Source of the DNA: an uncultured Solirubrobacterales bacterium | Lineage (GTDB): Bacteria; Actinomycetota; Thermoleophilia; Solirubrobacterales; Solirubrobacteraceae | DNA length: 64,000 nucleotides | Direction of reading: 5' to 3' | Assembly (NCBI GenBank): GCA_963805095.1 | Contig: CAWDSW010000004.1 | Coordinates: 201,342-265,341, forward strand | Part shown: in pieces, positions 1 to 8,834 of the stretch | Position numbering within the stretch: position 1 is the stretch's first letter | Layout of the letters: each line of letters opens with the position of its first letter | Translations under genes and position numbers: made by a program | Notes under the pieces: model-generated | The model's input: the letters and a program-made list of their open reading frames with translations, nothing else | What the model was told of the DNA's origin: nothing | Database searches by the model: none

Positions 1-752
1 TTCGTTAGTCGCTCGGGGGCAACTCGCGCCACGTGGCGCTGGCGCCGCAGCAGGGGCACGAGCACCATCGCCTCCACCGCGATTCGCCAGGACATCTTGC
101 TCGTCCCGCGGGCGCGGTCGTTGAACACGATCGGCACCTCGCGGACGCGGAAACCCGCCAGGGCCGCACGGTAAGTCACCTCTACCTGGAACACGTAGCC
201 CTCGGACCGAACCGTCGGCAGGTCGATCGCCTCGAGCACCGAGCGGCGGATGCACTTGAAGCCGCCGGTCAGATCGTGGATGTCAACGCCGAGGATCGTC
301 CGGGCATAGAACCCGCCGCCGCGGCTGATCAGCCGCCGCAGCAGCCCCCAGTTGCGCACCGCGCCGCCGGGCACGTACCTTGAGCCGAGCACAATGTCAG
401 CGTCCTCGGCGGCGGCCAGCAGGCCGCCGAGGTAGCCGGGATCGTGCGAGAAGTCGGCATCCATCTCGATCAGCAGTTCGGCGCCGTGCGCCAGGGCAAG
501 GTCGAAGCCGGCCAGATACGCGCGCCCAAGCCCATCCTTGCGCTGACGATGCAGAACTTCGACCGTGTCGAGCTCCTCGGCAAGCTGGTCGGCGATGTGT
601 CCGGTGCCGTCGGGCGAGCCGTCGTCGACGACGAGGATCCGATGGTCTCCCGGCGCAACCACCGCGAGCTCGGTCTCGGCGGCGCGGACGATGCCCGAGA
701 CGTTCTCGGCCTCGTTGTAGGTCGGGATGATCAGCCAGATGCTCGCGTCCAT
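1..752 (-). CDS. Polyprenol-monophosphomannose synthase-like GT2 glycosyltransferase (3' end runs off window)
   Basis: Manual translation from ATG at 752: MDASIWLIIPTYNEAENV...ILVVDDGSPDGTG...IEMDADFSHDP...VLGSRYVPGG...DLTGGFKC; typical DPM1/Ppm1 motifs; no stop before window edge. Confidence 0.9.
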   Translation of the reverse strand, partial: MDASIWLIIPTYNEAENVSGIVRAAETELAVVAPGDHRILVVDDGSPDGTGHIADQLAEELDTVEVLHRQRKDGLGRAYLAGFDLALAHGAELLIEMDADFSHDPGYLGGLLAAAEDADIVLGSRYVPGGAVRNWGLLRRLISRGGGFYARTILGVDIHDLTGGFKCIRRSVLEAIDLPTVRSEGYVFQVEVTYRAALAGFRVREVPIVFNDRARGTSKMSWRIAVEAMVLVPLLRRQRHVARVAPERLT

Positions 753-852
753 GAACCGCGGAGGGTAATGCCGCACCGGCTAGCGACGAGCCGCCGCCGG
801 CGGCGCTCCCGGCGATCCACCGCCGGGAAGCGGGCACGTTTGAGAGGGGCTG

Positions 853-1311
853 TCAGCGCGGGACGTACGCGACGCGGCCCCAGCTCGGCTCGGGCGCAAG
901 CTCGATTGGCTCGCCGCCGCGATCGGGCTGGATATACGTGAACGCGCCCGTGTCCTCGTCAAACAGGAGGTCAAGCTCCTCCTCCTTGACGCGCTGGTCG
1001 AGCCAGGCGCCGCGGAAGATCAGCCGCCTCAGCCAGTGCACCAGCGACCGATCAGATGGGCCGACCAACTCGGGCCAGCAGTCGTTGACGTGCTCGCCGA
1101 GCGCAGACGCCGGCTCGCTCACCTCCCCGTTGACGACGAGGTTGATCAAGTCCTCGGCCTCGTCCTCGGTGATCGACGAGCCGATGAAGCCGACGCGACG
1201 CGCCGCCTGCTCGCAGCGTTCGGCGAAGTCCCGCTCGTTGAACGTGAAGCGGAGGTCGCCGTACTCCAGCACGAAGTCCTCGCCTGAGCTGTAGTTAGCC
1301 CTCCGGTACAT
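853..1311 (-). CDS. Hypothetical protein, 152 aa, acidic, no recognised domain
   Basis: ATG-started ORF with natural, non-shadow composition; TAAGAT -10-like hexamer 9 nt upstream. Confidence 0.75.
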   Translation of the reverse strand: MYRRANYSSGEDFVLEYGDLRFTFNERDFAERCEQAARRVGFIGSSITEDEAEDLINLVVNGEVSEPASALGEHVNDCWPELVGPSDRSLVHWLRRLIFRGAWLDQRVKEEELDLLFDEDTGAFTYIQPDRGGEPIELAPEPSWGRVAYVPR

Positions 1312-1506
1312 GGCGTCGGCATCTTATGCCGGAATCCTGCTCGGCATCAGCATCTGAACGTGATGTTGCAGTCACGTTCCCCACAGATCCCCGCACGATG
1401 CGCTCAAAGGGGTGACCTTCGTGGCGACGCGGCCGCCAGGCCTGGGTGCCTCCCGGGATTTTCCCCCAGGGGGGTGAATTCCGGCGGGCCGGAGCCTCTA
1501 TGGGAT

Positions 1507-2250
1507 ATGAATTGCAACTCCAACACCGACCATGCGGCGGTCACGATCGTGGTGGTCGACGACGACGCCGTCGCCCGTTCGTTCCTGGCTGACAACCTCA
1601 CGGCCGACGGTTACCAGGTGCTTGAGGCCGGCACCCTGACCGCTGCGCACCGCCTCGCCGCCACCAGATTCGTCGACCTGGCGATCGTCGACCTTGGCCT
1701 GCCCGACGGCGACGGCCTCGAGCTCATCCGCCATGTCCGCGAGTCGGACGGCGTCGGCGGACGGATCGACCCGACGCTGCCACTGCTGGTCCTGTCCGGT
1801 CGCGCCTCGGAGGTCGACCGGCTGCGGGGCTTCGAGCGCGGCGCTGACGACTATGTGACCAAACCATTCTCATACGCGGAGCTCAGGGCCCGGATAGCCG
1901 CTCTGCTCCGCCGCAGGATCCGCGCGAACCTCGGCTCCCGAGTCCGGATCGGGCCACTCGAGCTAGACGCGCTCTCGCGTCAGACGTGGCTCGGCGGCGT
2001 GCCGGTACCCCTCTCGAAGAAGGAGTTCGGGCTCTTGCGCGCGCTCGCGTCCGACCCCGTCCGTGTCTTCACTCGCGAGGAGTTGATGCGGACCGTCTGG
2101 GGTTGGGATGGCGACGGGGCCGTCCTGCGGACGCGGACGCTCGACACGCACGCCGCGCGCCTCCGTCGCAAGCTCTCGGCCGCCGACACGTCGTTTGTCG
2201 TCAACGTCTGGGGTGTCGGATATCGATTGCTGGATGGGGTGTCGACGTGA
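1507..2250 (+). CDS. OmpR/PhoB-family response regulator
   Basis: Receiver motifs VVVDDD, IVDLGLPDGDG, GADDYVTKPF; winged-helix LSKKEFGLL...VWGVGYRL; start trimmed to ATG 1507. Confidence 0.93.
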   Translation: MNCNSNTDHAAVTIVVVDDDAVARSFLADNLTADGYQVLEAGTLTAAHRLAATRFVDLAIVDLGLPDGDGLELIRHVRESDGVGGRIDPTLPLLVLSGRASEVDRLRGFERGADDYVTKPFSYAELRARIAALLRRRIRANLGSRVRIGPLELDALSRQTWLGGVPVPLSKKEFGLLRALASDPVRVFTREELMRTVWGWDGDGAVLRTRTLDTHAARLRRKLSAADTSFVVNVWGVGYRLLDGVST

Positions 2251-3017
2251 TCGCCGCGCTGGCGGGGGGCGGTTGGCTGCTCGCGACCTTGTTGGCGGTG
2301 TCCGCACGCTGGGCGACCGCCTCGCGCGCGACCGGCGTCGCGCGGGCCTGCCACGAGCTTCGCGGGCCGCTCTGCGCGCTCGGCCTCGGCGTCGAGCTCG
2401 CGAACCGGACCGGCCGTCTGCCGCCCGCCCGAGTGCGGGCTCTCGAGCTGGAGCTCGGACGCGCGCGGCAGGCGCTGGACGATTTGGCAGTGGCGGGTGG
2501 GGTGCGCGCACGTGCGCACCCCACCCGAACCGCGGGGCCGCCTGTCGGGCTTGGGGCGCTGCTGCGCGAGTCTGCGGAAGCGTGGCGCGATGCGGCCGGC
2601 ACGCGCAGCATCCGGGTGGAGCTTCCGGATGCAGGGGAGGTGTTCGTCGCGGGCGAGCGCCTGAGGTTGGCCGCAGCACTCTGCAATCTGCTCGCCAACG
2701 CTGTCGAGCACGGCGAGGGCGATGTCGTGATGCGGCTGCGAGCAGGCGGCGGGATCGCGCGGGTTGAGGTCAGCGACGCCGGCCGTGGACTGCCGGTGCC
2801 GTTGATGCGGTTGATCGGATCAGGGCAGCTCCGCCGCCGGCCCACCTGGCCGACGCGGACGCGCGTGTCCGAACGTGGACATGGCCTGCGGATCGTGGCG
2901 CGGGTAGCCCGCTCCCACGGCGGACGGTTGATCAGCGCGCCCTCCGATCGCGGTGCGCTGCTGGTGTTGGAGCTGCCCGTTGTGCAGGCTGGGTCGGGGC
3001 GGCAGGCCGCCGGCTGA
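2247..3017 (+). CDS. Histidine kinase (HisKA + HATPase_c) with one short N-terminal hydrophobic helix
   Basis: H-box ACHELRGPL, N-box LCNLLANAVEHG, G1 VSDAGRG, G2 GHGLRIV; GTGA overlap with the regulator stop. Confidence 0.88.
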   Translation: MIAALAGGGWLLATLLAVSARWATASRATGVARACHELRGPLCALGLGVELANRTGRLPPARVRALELELGRARQALDDLAVAGGVRARAHPTRTAGPPVGLGALLRESAEAWRDAAGTRSIRVELPDAGEVFVAGERLRLAAALCNLLANAVEHGEGDVVMRLRAGGGIARVEVSDAGRGLPVPLMRLIGSGQLRRRPTWPTRTRVSERGHGLRIVARVARSHGGRLISAPSDRGALLVLELPVVQAGSGRQAAG

Positions 3018-3148
3018 CCAGGGTCGCCCGTGAGGCCCACCGTCTGGCACAGGGACCGGACGGAACCGTTCGAAACTCGCAGGTTTTCGTGCGTCCGCGC
3101 TGACTGCAGCGCGGCGTGCAGAACCCGAGCCGGATCGAGGGACGCGGG

Positions 3149-3194
3149 ACGAGGGGGCGGATCGCCGATGTCTATGGGCGATCCGCCCCCTCGT
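3149..3194. terminator. Perfect 18-bp inverted repeat (terminator-like hairpin) between the kinase and the dcw promoter
   Basis: ACGAGGGGGCGGATCGCC (3149-3166) / GGCGATCCGCCCCCTCGT (3177-3194); no U-tract. Confidence 0.55.
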
Positions 3195-3269
3195 GGGGGA
3201 CGTCGATGCCCGAGTGGGAGAGGCGATGACAGAGGAGTTGCATTGTGGGAGGAGGTGGGGTAAAGTGGG
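3193..3269 (+). promoter_or_regulatory. MraZ-binding boxes (GTGGG direct repeats)
   Basis: GTGGG at 3245, 3255, 3265 (10-bp period), plus 3193 and 3214, directly upstream of mraZ. Confidence 0.8.
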
Positions 3270-3280
3270 CCACGCATGCA

Positions 3281-3325
3281 GAGACCCGGGTGGCAGGGCT
3301 CCTCCCATCCAGCCACCCGGGTTTC
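3281..3325 (+). ncRNA. mraW-RNA-motif-like hairpin in the mraZ 5' UTR
   Basis: 14-bp stem GAGACCCGGGTGGC/GCCACCCGGGTTTC with pyrimidine-rich loop CTCCTCCC, resembling the CUUCCCC loop of the actinobacterial mraW motif. Confidence 0.55.
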
Positions 3326-3352
3326 AAATTCGAGCCATGCAGATGAGAACCC

Positions 3353-3805
3353 TTGATCTTCCGCGGGACCTTCGAACATTCGCTCGACGCGAAGCACCGG
3401 TTGACAGTGCCCGCGAGGTACCGGGCGGCGCTCGCCAGTGGAGCGGTGCTCGCGGTATCACCGGAGACGGAGCCCGGGGCGCCGCGCTCGGTAGCGATCT
3501 GGATTCCCGAGGATTACGAGGCGTACACCACCGCGGCGCTCGCAGAGCTCAACCCGCTGTCGCCCAGCGCTCGCGATCTGAAGCGCTTCTTCTTCAACAA
3601 CTCACACGAGGCGGAGCTCGACTCGGCCAATCGTCTGATGATCCCGGCGCCGCTGATTTCCTACGCGGGCCTCGACAAGGAAGTAGTGGTGACGGGCTCC
3701 GGTGAGTGCCTCGAGATCTGGGATCGCGCGGCTCACGCCGGCTACAACGAGGGTGTTCTGTCGAGATTCACCGAGATCGTGGCGAGTTTTGACCACACTG
3801 CTTGA
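3353..3805 (+). CDS. mraZ: Transcriptional regulator MraZ
   Basis: FRGTFEHSLDAKHRLTVPARYR and ELDSANRLMIP repeats; first gene of dcw cluster. Confidence 0.95.
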   Translation: MIFRGTFEHSLDAKHRLTVPARYRAALASGAVLAVSPETEPGAPRSVAIWIPEDYEAYTTAALAELNPLSPSARDLKRFFFNNSHEAELDSANRLMIPAPLISYAGLDKEVVVTGSGECLEIWDRAAHAGYNEGVLSRFTEIVASFDHTA

Positions 3806-3806
3806 C

Positions 3807-4754
3807 ATGACAGCAACACACGTCCCGGTCCTGGCCGGGGAGCTGATCGGCCTGCTGGACCCGGCTCCCGGCGCGATCGCGGTCGATTGCACCGTCGGCG
3901 GCGGTGGTCACGCTCGGCTGGTCGCCGACCGGATTGGGTCGGAGGGAACGCTGATCGCGATCGATCGAGACCCGCTCGCGGCCGAGCGCTTCAGCGACCT
4001 CGCTGCCGAGGTCCCCTGCGCGACCCGGTTCATCCGTGCCGACTTCGTCAGCGGTCTCGCCCTGCTCCGGGAGGAAGGTGTCGAGGCCGACATCGTCTAC
4101 ATGGACCTGGGGATGTCCTCGATGCAGGTCGATACCTGGGGCCGCGGCTTCTCCTATTCCTACGATGCGCCGCTTGACATGCGAATGGACCCAGACCAGG
4201 AGCTGACGGCAGCGGAGGTCGTCAACTGCTGGGACGATCGCCGTCTGGCGCGGCTCCTGCGCGAGTACGGCGAAGAGCGCTACGCAAGACAGATCGCCCG
4301 CGCGATCGTTCGGGCGCGCGAGCGCCATCAGCTGAGCACCACGCACGAGCTCGTCGACGTGATCAAGTCGGCGATCCCGGCTCCCGCCCAGTTCGCCGGT
4401 GGACATCCCGCCAAGCGAACATTCCAGGCGCTGCGGGTAACCGTCAACGACGAGCTCGGGCAGCTCGACGAGGCGCTGCCGATCGCGTGGGATCTGCTCG
4501 GTCCGGATGGAAGGTTCGCCGCGATCTCGTTCCATTCGCTGGAAGACCGGCGGGTCAAGCGCTTCCTGGTTCAGCTGGCGCGCGGCTGCATCTGCCCGCC
4601 CGAGATTCCGATCTGCGTCTGTGGCCACGCCGCCGAGGCCGAGCTCCTGACCCGCCGGGCGGTCGCGGCAACGGCTGGCGAGGTGGCGGCCAACCCGCGG
4701 TCCAAGTCAGCGCACCTCCGGGCTGCGCGCAAGCTCGCCGGAGGAGGCGAATAA
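3807..4754 (+). CDS. rsmH: 16S rRNA m4C1402 methyltransferase RsmH (MraW)
   Basis: HVPVL, DCTVGGGGHA, DLGMSSMQVD, RGFSY, ISFHSLEDRRVK, NPRSKSAHLRA. Confidence 0.97.
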   Translation: MTATHVPVLAGELIGLLDPAPGAIAVDCTVGGGGHARLVADRIGSEGTLIAIDRDPLAAERFSDLAAEVPCATRFIRADFVSGLALLREEGVEADIVYMDLGMSSMQVDTWGRGFSYSYDAPLDMRMDPDQELTAAEVVNCWDDRRLARLLREYGEERYARQIARAIVRARERHQLSTTHELVDVIKSAIPAPAQFAGGHPAKRTFQALRVTVNDELGQLDEALPIAWDLLGPDGRFAAISFHSLEDRRVKRFLVQLARGCICPPEIPICVCGHAAEAELLTRRAVAATAGEVAANPRSKSAHLRAARKLAGGGE

Positions 4755-5509
4755 TGCCCCCAGCAGCGACAGCAGCCGCGAGGAACCGCACCGAACGGCG
4801 CACAGTCTCCCAACCCGGGCCGGCGCCGCGGACACCGCGTCGTATCTCCGGCCCGGTACAGAGCCCACCGCCCGCTCGACGCGACCTGGCGCCACGACCG
4901 GCACCGGCCCGGCGTCGACCGGTCCCGCGTCCCGCGCCCGACCGACTCCGCCCGGCACCGCGTCAGCGGCGGCGGATCGGGCTCGCGCTCCCTTCGCCGC
5001 TGGCGCTGCTGCGCTCCCTCCCCGACCAACGCCTGCTCGACCGCCTGATCCGGGGCCGCGCCTGGATTCCGGTGCTGGGGGTGCTCCTCGCGGGAATCGT
5101 CGGGATGCGCGTCGAGGTCCTGAAGCTCGGCGTCAGCGTTGGCAACTCGGTCGCGTTGAGCAGCCAACTCCAGAGCGAGAACCAGACTCTGCGTGCCAAC
5201 GTCGCGACCCTGTCCAATGCCGCTCGGATCGAACGCCTCGCCGGGACGATGGGCATGGTCTTGCCGGGTCCGCTGGACGTGCATTTCATCCCGGCGTCTG
5301 CCGCCGGCGATCTCGGTAGTGCCGCCGCCGGCATCGCCAGCCCGGACCCCACGACCTTCGAATCGGAGCTGCAGAGCGAGACGGCGGCCAACTCCGCAAG
5401 CCTCAGCGCCATCGACCCATCGTCGACGGCGACGAGCGACGTCTCGTCGACCACGGATACGTTGCCCACGACCTCGAGCACCACAGTCGCCGCAACCAGC
5501 GGCGGGTAG
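4754..5509 (+). CDS. ftsL: FtsL-like cell division protein with long Pro/Arg-rich N-terminus and Ser/Thr-rich tail
   Basis: Position between rsmH and ftsI; single TM helix (WIPVLGVLLAGIVGM) then coiled coil ending RIERLAGTMGM. Confidence 0.7.
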   Translation: MPPAATAAARNRTERRTVSQPGPAPRTPRRISGPVQSPPPARRDLAPRPAPARRRPVPRPAPDRLRPAPRQRRRIGLALPSPLALLRSLPDQRLLDRLIRGRAWIPVLGVLLAGIVGMRVEVLKLGVSVGNSVALSSQLQSENQTLRANVATLSNAARIERLAGTMGMVLPGPLDVHFIPASAAGDLGSAAAGIASPDPTTFESELQSETAANSASLSAIDPSSTATSDVSSTTDTLPTTSSTTVAATSGG

Positions 5510-5528
5510 CTCCGTTCTGCGTCCACCG

Positions 5529-7262
5529 ATGCCGCCGACCCCCAGCCGCCGAGCCATCGATCAGATCGATCGGCGCGTCGGGATCCTGTTCGCGGCCTTC
5601 CTGACACTGCTCGTGCTCGCGGCGGGCCGTGCCGCGTACCTCGGTCTGTTCCGGTCGGCGGCGCTGTCCGCCGCCGCCAACGAGCAGCAGGTCGAACGCG
5701 TGACGATTCCAGCGGTGCGAGGGACGATCACCGACCGCAGCGGCGTCGTCCTCGCGCTGAGCGAATCAGCCGACGATGTGATCGCCGACCCGATGCTGAT
5801 CACCGATCCGCGGCGCGTGGCCGCTCAGCTCGCGCCGCTGCTCGGGCTAGGCGGTCATCAGGTACTGGCGGCCCTCACCAAATCCGGCACCGGATACTCG
5901 CCGATCGCCGACAACGTCCCGACGGTCACCGGTAGCCGGATCATCAAGCTCGGAATCAACGGCATTTCTCTGAAGCCCGTCGAACGTCGCGCCTACCCCC
6001 GCGACACCGCCGCCGCTCAGGTCCTTGGCTGGGTCGGTGGCAATGGCGCCGGCGGTGGCGGCCTGGAGTACGAGTTCAACCATCAGTTGGCCGGCGTGGG
6101 CGGCCTGCGGCGAGTCGTCACCGACCCTTACGGCCAAGCGCTCGAGGTTGACAACGTCAGAAAGATGCAGACCGGCAAGACCCTGCGGTTGTCGATCTCG
6201 GCGCCACTGCAGGCGGAGGTCGACCAGGTCCTGGCGGGTGTCGGCGCTCAGTACCAGCCGGTTGGGGCGACGGCGATCGTCGCCGACCCGCAGAACGGCC
6301 AGATCCTGGCACTCGGCAACTGGCCGTCGATGAACTCCAACGACGTCGGCGCGACGGCGTTCGACGCGACCGAGGATCAGGCGATCGGGATGTCGTATGA
6401 GCCCGGTTCGACATTCAAGGCGATCACCGTCGCCGGCGCCCTGCAGGACGGGCTGGTGACGCCGGACACGACGTTCGACGTACCGCCCGACCTCGATCCC
6501 TACGGCCATGTGATCCAGGACGCGGAGGCGCACGGGTACGAGACCCTGTCGGTCGCCGACATCCTCAAGGTGTCGAGCAACATTGGCGCCGATCTGATCG
6601 CTCAGCGGGAAGGCCAGAACAACTTCGCCTCCTGGGTCGACCGCTTTGGCTTCGGCAAGCCGACCAGCGTGGCTCTGCCTGGAGAGCAGCGCGGCATCGT
6701 CCCGCCCGTCTCCCAGTACTCGGGCCTCTCGATCTACAACCTGCCGTTCGGGCAGGGGCTCGAGGTGACCCCGATGCAGATGGTGCAGGCGTACGACGTG
6801 ATCGCCGACGGCGGGATCCTCCGCCCGCCGCAGATCGTCGAGTCGGTTGGCGGGAGGGCAGTGCACAGACCGGCGGGCAAGCGGATCATCTCGAGCAACG
6901 TCGCCGCCGAGCTGCGCGACATGCTGCGCGGGGTGTTCGGCGACGGCGGGACCGCGTCCGGCGCACAGATTCCCGGCTACGACCTGGCGGGAAAGACAGG
7001 CACCGCCAACATCGCGGTGGACGGCAAGTACTCGAGCACCGAGTTCGTCGCCTCGTTCATCGGCATGGTTCCGGCGAGCAACCCGAAGTTGGTGGTCGCG
7101 GTCGTCGTCAATCAGCCGCAGGGCGCGATCTACGGCGGCACGGTCGCGGCACCGGCCTTCCAGAAGATCGTCAGCTGGGCCGTCCCGTACCTCGGGATCA
7201 ACCCCTGTCCGGCTCCATGCCCAGCCTCGGCGGATAACTCGGTAACGGCCTCGACCCCGTGA
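5529..7262 (+). CDS. ftsI: Class B penicillin-binding protein FtsI
   Basis: RGTITDR, EPGSTFK (SxxK), SSN, KTGTA motifs; dcw position. Confidence 0.93.
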   Translation: MPPTPSRRAIDQIDRRVGILFAAFLTLLVLAAGRAAYLGLFRSAALSAAANEQQVERVTIPAVRGTITDRSGVVLALSESADDVIADPMLITDPRRVAAQLAPLLGLGGHQVLAALTKSGTGYSPIADNVPTVTGSRIIKLGINGISLKPVERRAYPRDTAAAQVLGWVGGNGAGGGGLEYEFNHQLAGVGGLRRVVTDPYGQALEVDNVRKMQTGKTLRLSISAPLQAEVDQVLAGVGAQYQPVGATAIVADPQNGQILALGNWPSMNSNDVGATAFDATEDQAIGMSYEPGSTFKAITVAGALQDGLVTPDTTFDVPPDLDPYGHVIQDAEAHGYETLSVADILKVSSNIGADLIAQREGQNNFASWVDRFGFGKPTSVALPGEQRGIVPPVSQYSGLSIYNLPFGQGLEVTPMQMVQAYDVIADGGILRPPQIVESVGGRAVHRPAGKRIISSNVAAELRDMLRGVFGDGGTASGAQIPGYDLAGKTGTANIAVDGKYSSTEFVASFIGMVPASNPKLVVAVVVNQPQGAIYGGTVAAPAFQKIVSWAVPYLGINPCPAPCPASADNSVTASTP

Positions 7263-7324
7263 GATGGTGTCCCGCCGGCGGGTCTTTCTCGGAAACGGCG
7301 TGAGTCACACGATCTCGGAACCCA

Positions 7325-7352
7325 CCGTCGGTGGCCACGTGGCCGCCAACGG
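7325..7352. repeat. 28-bp near-perfect palindrome, REP-like copy 1
   Basis: CCGTCGGTGGCCACGTGGCCGCCAACGG; 26/28 identical to 23527-23554. Confidence 0.75.
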
Positions 7353-7373
7353 GCACCCAAGTACTCTCCCGGC

Positions 7374-8834
7374 ATGCAGCTCGGACAACTGCTGCCGCTG
7401 AGCGCCGAAGCCGATCGGGGAGTCGAGATCTCGGGGCTCGCCTACGACCAGCGGACGGTCAGAGCCGGGACGCTGTTCTTCTGCGTCCGCGGGTTCACCC
7501 GCGACGGCCATGACTTCGCCGCGGATGCCGTGGCCCGCGGCGCCGCCGCCCTGGTCGTCGACCATCCCTTGGCAACGCTCGCGATCCCGCAGGTGCTGGT
7601 CGCCGATGTCAGGGCGGCGATGGCGCCCGCGGCGGCGGCGTTCTATGGCCACCCGACCACTCGGCTCAGAGTCGCCGGGGTGACCGGCACCAACGGCAAG
7701 ACGACCACCGCCTACCTGCTCCGGGCGGTGCTCCAGGGCGCCGGCATCCAGACCGGTCTGCTCGGAACGGTCATCAGCATCGTCGGCGGCGCGCAGCGCG
7801 AGGTGCAGCGAACCACGCCTGAGGCGATCGATCTCCAGGGCACGTTCAGCGAGATGCTCGACGCAGGCGACCGGGCTTGCGTGATGGAGGTGTCCTCACA
7901 CGCGCTAGAGCTCGCTCGCGTCGACGCGATTGTGTTTGAGACGGCGGTGTTCACCAACCTCACTCAGGATCACCTCGACTTTCACCCGACGATGGAGCAC
8001 TACTTCGCCGCGAAGCAAAGCCTGTTCACCGCGCACAACCCTGCGCATTCGGTGGTGAACATCGACGACCCCTACGGCCGGCGGCTGGCCGGCGAGCTCG
8101 AAGGGTCGATCACGTACTCGCTTCAAGATGAGGCTGCATCGTTCCGTGCGGTCGATGTCGAGACCGATCTCGATGGTTCGCGCTTTGTCCTCAGAACGGC
8201 CGACGGCGAACGCCTCGTCAGCTCGTCGCTGCGCGGCCGCTTCAATGTCTACAACCTCCTGGCGGCGATCGCAGCGGCCGACGCGATCGGCGTTTCGCTC
8301 GATGACGCGGTCGCGACGGTCGAGCGCGCGGGCCAGGTACCGGGCCGCTTCGAGACCGTCGACGAGGGCCAGCCGTTCGCGGTGATCGTCGACTACGCTC
8401 ACACTCCAGACTCGCTCCAGAACGTGCTCGTCGGGGCGCGCAACCTGACCGATGGTCGCCTTCACGTCGTGTTCGGCTGCGGCGGTGACCGGGACCGTGG
8501 TAAGCGCCCGATGATGGGCGAGATCGCCGCCCGGCTGGCGGACCGGGTGATCGTCACCTCCGACAACCCGCGATCGGAGGATCCCGAGGCGATCATCGCC
8601 GAGATCCTGGCGGGGATCGATCGTCAGGTCGAGGCCGATCCTGACCGTCGCGCCGCGATCCGTGACGCGATCGCAACGGCGCGCGAAGGCGACGTCGTCG
8701 TAATCGCCGGCAAGGGGCATGAGCAGGGTCAGGAGTTCGAGCACGGCCGCAAGCTCCCGTTCGACGATGTGGCGGTCGCTCGGGAGGCGATGCGGGCGCG
8801 TCCAGGAGCCCGGGTACCCTCCTCTGGCACATGA
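7374..8834 (+). CDS. murE: UDP-MurNAc-tripeptide synthetase MurE (DAP-type signature)
   Basis: GVTGTNGKTTT, MEVSSH, DYAHTPD, FGCGGDRD, SDNPR, AGKGHE. Confidence 0.97.
   Translation: MQLGQLLPLSAEADRGVEISGLAYDQRTVRAGTLFFCVRGFTRDGHDFAADAVARGAAALVVDHPLATLAIPQVLVADVRAAMAPAAAAFYGHPTTRLRVAGVTGTNGKTTTAYLLRAVLQGAGIQTGLLGTVISIVGGAQREVQRTTPEAIDLQGTFSEMLDAGDRACVMEVSSHALELARVDAIVFETAVFTNLTQDHLDFHPTMEHYFAAKQSLFTAHNPAHSVVNIDDPYGRRLAGELEGSITYSLQDEAASFRAVDVETDLDGSRFVLRTADGERLVSSSLRGRFNVYNLLAAIAAADAIGVSLDDAVATVERAGQVPGRFETVDEGQPFAVIVDYAHTPDSLQNVLVGARNLTDGRLHVVFGCGGDRDRGKRPMMGEIAARLADRVIVTSDNPRSEDPEAIIAEILAGIDRQVEADPDRRAAIRDAIATAREGDVVVIAGKGHEQGQEFEHGRKLPFDDVAVAREAMRARPGARVPSSGT

Noticed and set aside
1360-1506. 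Long N-terminal extensions given by the ORF track (also for rsmH, ftsL, ftsI, ftsW, scpA, rlmN, def, rsmB, rpe, ribH, rpmB)
   Set aside because: Artefacts of choosing the most upstream start; homology and overlap or promoter signals favour the downstream starts used here.
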